Positions 59,050 to 64,000 of a stretch of 64,000 nt of DNA are shown here, piece by piece. The notes below the pieces were generated by a model that saw only the letters and a program-made list of their open reading frames with translations, had not been told where the DNA came from and did no database searches. The first letter of the stretch is position 1. Each line of letters begins with the position of its first letter. The translations under genes were made by a program, and so were the position numbers. This stretch comes from Gammaproteobacteria bacterium (GTDB lineage: Bacteria; Pseudomonadota; Gammaproteobacteria; Steroidobacterales; Steroidobacteraceae), in assembly GCA_016874555.1 (NCBI GenBank), contig VGTW01000002.1:909-64908 (forward strand). Direction: 5' to 3'.

Positions 59050-60474
59050 ATGCAGCAGGCGAACAGGTCCGAGGAACACGCAGAGCTGAACTTCGATCAA
59101 CGCTTCGTTGCGCTGGCGGCGGCGTGCTTGGCGGGTGCGTTTTTCGTACCACCCCTCTTCCACGGCGCAGTGATTGCACTGGCGATCGTGGCGGCAGTGC
59201 TCGCTGCCCTGCCGCAGGGCACGCGCGGTCTCGTGTTCTCGACCATGATCGGTCTCGCTACGGGCATCGCGTCCGTCAATTTGTTCGCTATCGGCATATT
59301 CCAGGGACCAATCACACAGGAATTCGGGTGGAGCCAGACCGAATATGCGATCGTCACCTTGGTCGGCACCGTGGTGACCGTGGTGTCGTCGCTCTACGTT
59401 GGAAAATGGTTTGATCGACAGGGCGTGCGACGCTGGGCGCTCGTCAGTGTGGTGTTGGTCGCTGCGTCGATGATTTCGCTTTATTGGTTGAGCGATAGTC
59501 CATTGCACTTCTACGCCGTATTCGCTCTGTTGCCGCTGATTGGTGCAGGTACTTCATCGATCGCTTATTCGCGGGTGATTGCTGCGTGGTTCGATCGTCG
59601 GCGCGGTCAGGCCTTTGGCGCGGCATTGGCAGGCATAGGCATCGGTGGCGCGGTGTTATCGACCTATTCGCAATATTTGATCGGTACGGTCGGCTGGCGC
59701 GGCGCCTATGTCGGACTCGGCGCACTGATGCTGGTGGTCACGCTCCCGATCATCTTCATGAAACTGCGCGACTCGCCCGCTGAAGTCGGCCTCGGCCTCG
59801 ATGGCGTTGCACCGGATCTAGTTGCGCCTGATTATGCTGTAGCGAAAGCGGTAACCGCCCCGTCGCTCGTGGGCTATAACGCGGCCGAATCGCGGCGTTC
59901 CAAAAATTTCTGGCTGATGTTCGTATCGTTTTTATTGCTAGCTTTCGGCATTGGTGGCGTACTGATTCCGCTCGTTCCTATCCTGCGAGCCCGCGGCATC
60001 GAGCCCGAACAGGCCGCTGCGGTACAGGCGGCGCTCGGGCTAGCGCTGATCGTGGGCCGAGCATTTGCCGGTTTCTTAATGGATCGATTTTTTGCGCCGC
60101 GAGTCGCTGCAGCAATTTTGGCTTTCCCGCTCATCGGCGTCTCGATACTCGCGCTCGATGCGAGCGGGATGACGGCTCTCGTCGCCGCGGTGTGCATTGG
60201 GCTCGCCGCCGGTGCCGAACTCGATGTCATCGCCGTGCTGGTCACGCGTTACTTTGGCAATCGCGCCTATGGCGAGAATTACGGTTGGCAATACGCTTCA
60301 TGGACGCTGGGTTCGGGCACTGCGGTCATCGTAACCAATCGCGTCTTTGACGTACTTGGCACGCATACGCCGGTGCTCTGGGTTTATGTCGTGATGTTCT
60401 TGATCTCGGCGATGCTTATTCTTCGGCTTAGTACTTATCCCGACCTGGCTAAGCCGGCAATAGGCAATCTTTGA
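59050..60474 (+). CDS. MFS transporter
   Basis: 474 aa with about 12 hydrophobic spans. MFS loop motif GKWFDRQGVRRW. Confidence 0.8.
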   Translation: MQQANRSEEHAELNFDQRFVALAAACLAGAFFVPPLFHGAVIALAIVAAVLAALPQGTRGLVFSTMIGLATGIASVNLFAIGIFQGPITQEFGWSQTEYAIVTLVGTVVTVVSSLYVGKWFDRQGVRRWALVSVVLVAASMISLYWLSDSPLHFYAVFALLPLIGAGTSSIAYSRVIAAWFDRRRGQAFGAALAGIGIGGAVLSTYSQYLIGTVGWRGAYVGLGALMLVVTLPIIFMKLRDSPAEVGLGLDGVAPDLVAPDYAVAKAVTAPSLVGYNAAESRRSKNFWLMFVSFLLLAFGIGGVLIPLVPILRARGIEPEQAAAVQAALGLALIVGRAFAGFLMDRFFAPRVAAAILAFPLIGVSILALDASGMTALVAAVCIGLAAGAELDVIAVLVTRYFGNRAYGENYGWQYASWTLGSGTAVIVTNRVFDVLGTHTPVLWVYVVMFLISAMLILRLSTYPDLAKPAIGNL

Positions 60475-61678
60475 GAGCGATCGAGGTGTCAGCGGCTTTC
60501 GCGGCGTCGAGTTTGACGCGTGCAGCGATCAGCTTGCGGGCGGCCATCTGATCCTTGGGCTGATTGACCGTGTCGATGGCCAGTAGCTCGCCATCTGCCC
60601 TGAGATAGCAACAGGAAAACGAATTCTTAACAGGGTCCCCACGCAGCACGACCCGATCGTGGTCTTGCGAGAGTCCGACGATCAGCAACTTGTGGTGGTA
60701 CTGGTCTGACCAAAACCACGGTACGCGATCATGTTGGTGATCACCGCCCAGAATATTGAGTGCGGCGGTGGTACCCTGCTCGAAGGCATTGTCCACCGAC
60801 TCGAGACGTACTCGTCTGCCGTAACGCAGCGAGGGGTGATTGCTGCAGTCGCCGATCGCATAAACGTGCGGATCATCGGTGCGGCAGTACGTATCGACAA
60901 GGATTCCGTTATCACACGCCAGCCCGGCGCTGCGCGCGAGCGCATCATTGGCCAGCACGCCAATGCCAATGATCACGATACCGGCCTCGATTTGTCCCGC
61001 TGCCGTATTTACGGCACGGACCCGACCGTGCGCATCCCCTTCTAAATCATTGACCGCCGCGCGCAACACGACCCGCACGCCGTGCCTCGCGTGCTCAGCT
61101 TCGTAATAGCGCGAGATCGGCTCGGCTACCACTCGCGCCATCACGCGATCGGCCATCTCGAGTACCGTGACCTCCATACCAAGATGCCGCAGGGTCGCCG
61201 CAGCTTCGAGGCCGATATAGCCCCCACCAATGATTACCGCTCGTCGCCCCGGGCCGATTGCGCTGCGCAGGCGGTCGACATCCGCAATGTCTTTGAGGTA
61301 ATGCACACCGGTAAGATCTACGCCCGGCAGCGGCAATTGACGAGCGACGCTACCGGTGGCGAGCACCAAAGCGTCGTAAGGCAGACGATGACCATCCGCC
61401 AGCCTGACCGCTCGGTCGGTGCGATCGATAGCGGATACTTTGCAGCCGAGGTGCAGCCTGACGCGGTGTTCATCGAAAAAGGTTTGATGGCGGATGGTCA
61501 GGCGATCGAGACCCAGTTCGCCCGCCAGATACTTTTTGGATAGGGGTGGCCGCTGGTATGGCAGGTGCGGCTCGTCGCCCACGAGGTCGATCTGTCCCTG
61601 GAAACCCTTTTTGCGCAGGGTTTCGATGCACTGTGCCGAGGCTTGCCCCGCACCCACCAAAACCACTCGATCAGTCAT
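60449..61678 (-). CDS. FAD-dependent NAD(P)H:ferredoxin/rubredoxin reductase-type oxidoreductase
   Basis: ATG at 61678 gives MTDRVVLVGAGQASAQ (FAD GxGxxG). Second dinucleotide fold AVIIGGGYIGLEAA. The putidaredoxin-reductase-like C-terminal domain is present. Confidence 0.8.
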   Translation of the reverse strand: MTDRVVLVGAGQASAQCIETLRKKGFQGQIDLVGDEPHLPYQRPPLSKKYLAGELGLDRLTIRHQTFFDEHRVRLHLGCKVSAIDRTDRAVRLADGHRLPYDALVLATGSVARQLPLPGVDLTGVHYLKDIADVDRLRSAIGPGRRAVIIGGGYIGLEAAATLRHLGMEVTVLEMADRVMARVVAEPISRYYEAEHARHGVRVVLRAAVNDLEGDAHGRVRAVNTAAGQIEAGIVIIGIGVLANDALARSAGLACDNGILVDTYCRTDDPHVYAIGDCSNHPSLRYGRRVRLESVDNAFEQGTTAALNILGGDHQHDRVPWFWSDQYHHKLLIVGLSQDHDRVVLRGDPVKNSFSCCYLRADGELLAIDTVNQPKDQMAARKLIAARVKLDAAKAADTSIALKDCLLPA

Positions 61679-61738
61679 GGCGTGAGGATAGGGCCGAAAG
61701 CCGAGGCGCACCACTCACGGGCGCCGCTACGACCGCAC

Positions 61739-61755
61739 TGCGCCAGAATGGTGCG
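61739..61755 (+). promoter_or_regulatory. candidate NtrC binding site
   Basis: TGCGCCAGAATGGTGCG matches the NtrC consensus TGCACCAAAATGGTGCA at 14 of 17 positions. It lies about 75 bp upstream of the sigma-54 element. A weaker copy is near 61707-61723. Confidence 0.4.
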
Positions 61756-61817
61756 CAATCGGCTGCGTTGGCCCACCACAGGGGCGCAAAACCGACTTCA
61801 GTTGGGCCTCGCGAGCG

Positions 61818-61833
61818 TGGCATGGAAGGTGCA
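61818..61833 (+). promoter_or_regulatory. candidate sigma-54 promoter of the P-II gene
   Basis: TGGCATGGAAGGTGCA has correctly spaced -24 GG and -12 GC (consensus TGGCAC-N5-TTGCA). It lies 45 nt upstream of the ATG. Confidence 0.5.
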
Positions 61834-61852
61834 ATACTTTACGCTGCATTAG

Positions 61853-62215
<363 letters not shown>

Positions 62216-62237
62216 GTTAATACCGGCTTATTCAGCC

Positions 62238-63212
62238 ATGGCGAAGGCCATCCGTATTTATCGGGCCGGCGGACCCGAAGAAATGCGCTACGGAGATCTC
62301 GAAACTGCCGCGCCTGCCGAGGGCGAAGTGCAGTTGCGTCATACCGCCATTGGTCTTAACTACATCGACGTTTACGATCGCACCGGACTCTATCCGATGC
62401 CCTTGCCGGGCAGTCTCGGCCGCGAGGCTGCCGGGGTCATCACTGCCGTCGGCCGCAAGGTCATAGATTTCCGACCGGGTGATCGTGTGGCCTATGTGCA
62501 CACCGTGCCTGGCAGTTATTGCGAGCTGCGCAATCTGCCAGCCTCGCGACTCGTCAAGTTGCCGCGCGGTGTGGGCGATGAGCAGGCGGCAGCGCTAATG
62601 CTCAAGGGCCTCACCGCCGAATATCTGCTGCGGCGCACCTACCGAGTGCAAAGCGGTGACTGGATTTTGGTGTATGCCGCCGTCGGCGGCGTCGGTATTA
62701 TTCTTTGTCAATGGGCCAAAGCCTTGGGTGCCAAGGTAATTGGCGTAGTCGGCAGCGAGGCCAAGGAGGCACTCGCTAAAAAAAATGGCTGTAAACATGT
62801 GCTCGTCATGGGCCGCGACAAGATCGTTGAGTCGGTTCGTGCGCTCACAAAGGGCACGGGCGTCAAGGTCGCCTACGACTCAGTCGGTAAAGATACCTTC
62901 ATGGATTCGCTAGACTGCCTTGCACCGCTCGGCATGATGGTGACCTACGGTAATGCCTCGGGACCACCGCCTGCGATCTCGCCGCTCGAGCTGTCGAAGC
63001 GCGGCTCGTTGTTTCTGACGCGACCATCGCTCTTTGCCTATATCGCGCAGCGAGCGGATCTCGATGTGGCGGCTAAAGCCTTGTTCAGTGCACTGTCGTC
63101 AAAGAAATTTAAGCTGTATATAGGCCAGCGCTATGCGCTCGCCGATGCTGCCCAGGCGCATCGTGACCTCGAAGCCCGCAAAACCATGGGCTCGATCTTG
63201 CTCATTCCTTGA
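62238..63212 (+). CDS. qor: NADPH:quinone oxidoreductase (zeta-crystallin-like MDR)
   Basis: ATG at 62238 gives MAKAIRIYRAGGPEEMRYGDLE. Nucleotide motif AAVGGVGIILCQWAK. The upstream part of the long ORF overlaps glnB. Confidence 0.85.
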   Translation: MAKAIRIYRAGGPEEMRYGDLETAAPAEGEVQLRHTAIGLNYIDVYDRTGLYPMPLPGSLGREAAGVITAVGRKVIDFRPGDRVAYVHTVPGSYCELRNLPASRLVKLPRGVGDEQAAALMLKGLTAEYLLRRTYRVQSGDWILVYAAVGGVGIILCQWAKALGAKVIGVVGSEAKEALAKKNGCKHVLVMGRDKIVESVRALTKGTGVKVAYDSVGKDTFMDSLDCLAPLGMMVTYGNASGPPPAISPLELSKRGSLFLTRPSLFAYIAQRADLDVAAKALFSALSSKKFKLYIGQRYALADAAQAHRDLEARKTMGSILLIP

Positions 63213-63218
63213 GAGAGC

Positions 63219-64000
63219 TCATTCGCGGAGAAAAATCCACTCGGGCGGGTCGGGTACCACCGAGCTGCGGCCGCCTGCTGCTGGGAGTTTGTTGTCGTTG
63301 ACCACGAGGAGTTCGTGGGTCGCCGTCGGCCACATTGCCTCGGTAGTTAAAAATGGAAAACGAAACGTTTCCGTGCCACCAGCAATTTTTTTTGGATTGG
63401 AGATTTTCAGCAGATTGACGGCAAGGGTTTTCTCCGGCAAACGTGCCAGATGAATGCGAAAGATTTTTTTAACGCCGTCGCCGGCCCTTGCAGTGCATCA
63501 CGTTCAATGACGAGGTAACTATCAGGGCCGCTGAACGGATCGCGGACGATCTCGGAGACGACGTGATCCGCGCTGTCTAGCGGATAGAGCCACTTGCGAC
63601 CGGTCCAGGCGCGAAGTGCGAGGTCATATTCGAGCAGGCGAACGATGGCGCTGAGATCGCCGGGAATTAGTCCTTCGAGCATGGCGATAAGCGTATTCGG
63701 ACGCAGCCCGCGGGCCAGCCCCTCGAAACCTTTCGAAGCTCCGAGACGTGCGACTTTGCCGCTGTTGACCACCTCGGGATGCGCAGCTGAACGCAGCACG
63801 CTGCCGCCGGGCATGAGTTCCACCGGCCCTTCAAGTAGCCGCCCATCGGCGTCGAAATGCAGCAGCCAGGGCCCGTGCTCATCGCCGATCCAGAAGCTGC
63901 CATCGTCGATCGCCACCAAAGACTCCGGGTCGGCATCGGCGCCCGTGAGTGGTCGATCGGGGTCGGTGCTGAGCGTGAGCGGCCAAGGAAAGTGACGGTC
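63219..64000 (-). pseudogene. phytase-like esterase family gene, frameshifted; 5' end outside the window
   Basis: The frame is open to the window edge (..SFWIGDEHGPWLLHFDADGRLL..SKGFEGLA..YLVIERDALQG). The natural continuation GDGVKKIFRIHLARLPEKTLAVNLLKISNP..LLVVNDNKLP is in another frame. The shift lies within about 63455-63480. Confidence 0.55.

Overview
GC-rich (judged by eye, not computed), densely coding chromosomal segment that reads like core genome of a Gammaproteobacterium; the exact lineage cannot be determined from sequence alone. I support about 60 protein-coding genes. Much of the window is housekeeping: tamA-tamB, nudC, a yadGH-like ABC-2 exporter, gltBD, rpoH, ftsYEX, rsmD-coaD, mutM, rpmBG, radC, coaBC-dut, gshA and glnB. 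The order ftsYEX-rpoH / rsmD-coaD ... mutM-rpmG-rpmB-radC // coaBC-dut matches the classic enterobacterial arrangement. I saw no rRNA, tRNA, CRISPR array, transposase, integrase or phage structural genes. One ncRNA is proposed, a 6S RNA with its own strong terminator downstream of gltD. I did not find a clear-cut novel multi-gene system. The best leads are: (1) a decayed FlhC-like gene facing an FlhD-like ORF next to nudC; (2) an arylmalonate-decarboxylase/maleate-isomerase homologue whose catalytic Cys/Gly pair is swapped relative to AMDase, inside a tightly coupled four-gene operon; (3) a red-chlorophyll-catabolite-reductase-like ORF coupled to a GNAT; (4) a TPR + GT9-like gene inserted into the conserved radC-rpmBG block; (5) a small lower-GC islet holding a frameshifted MaoC gene, an ORF6N remnant and vapBC with a palindromic operator; (6) a SPOR lipoprotein followed by a truncated ExeA-type ATPase. 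At least five genes are disrupted by frameshifts or stops. One of them (NRDE family) is unambiguously a dead gene. The others could be sequencing errors at homopolymers. All similarity statements come from manual translation and remembered family motifs, not from searches.
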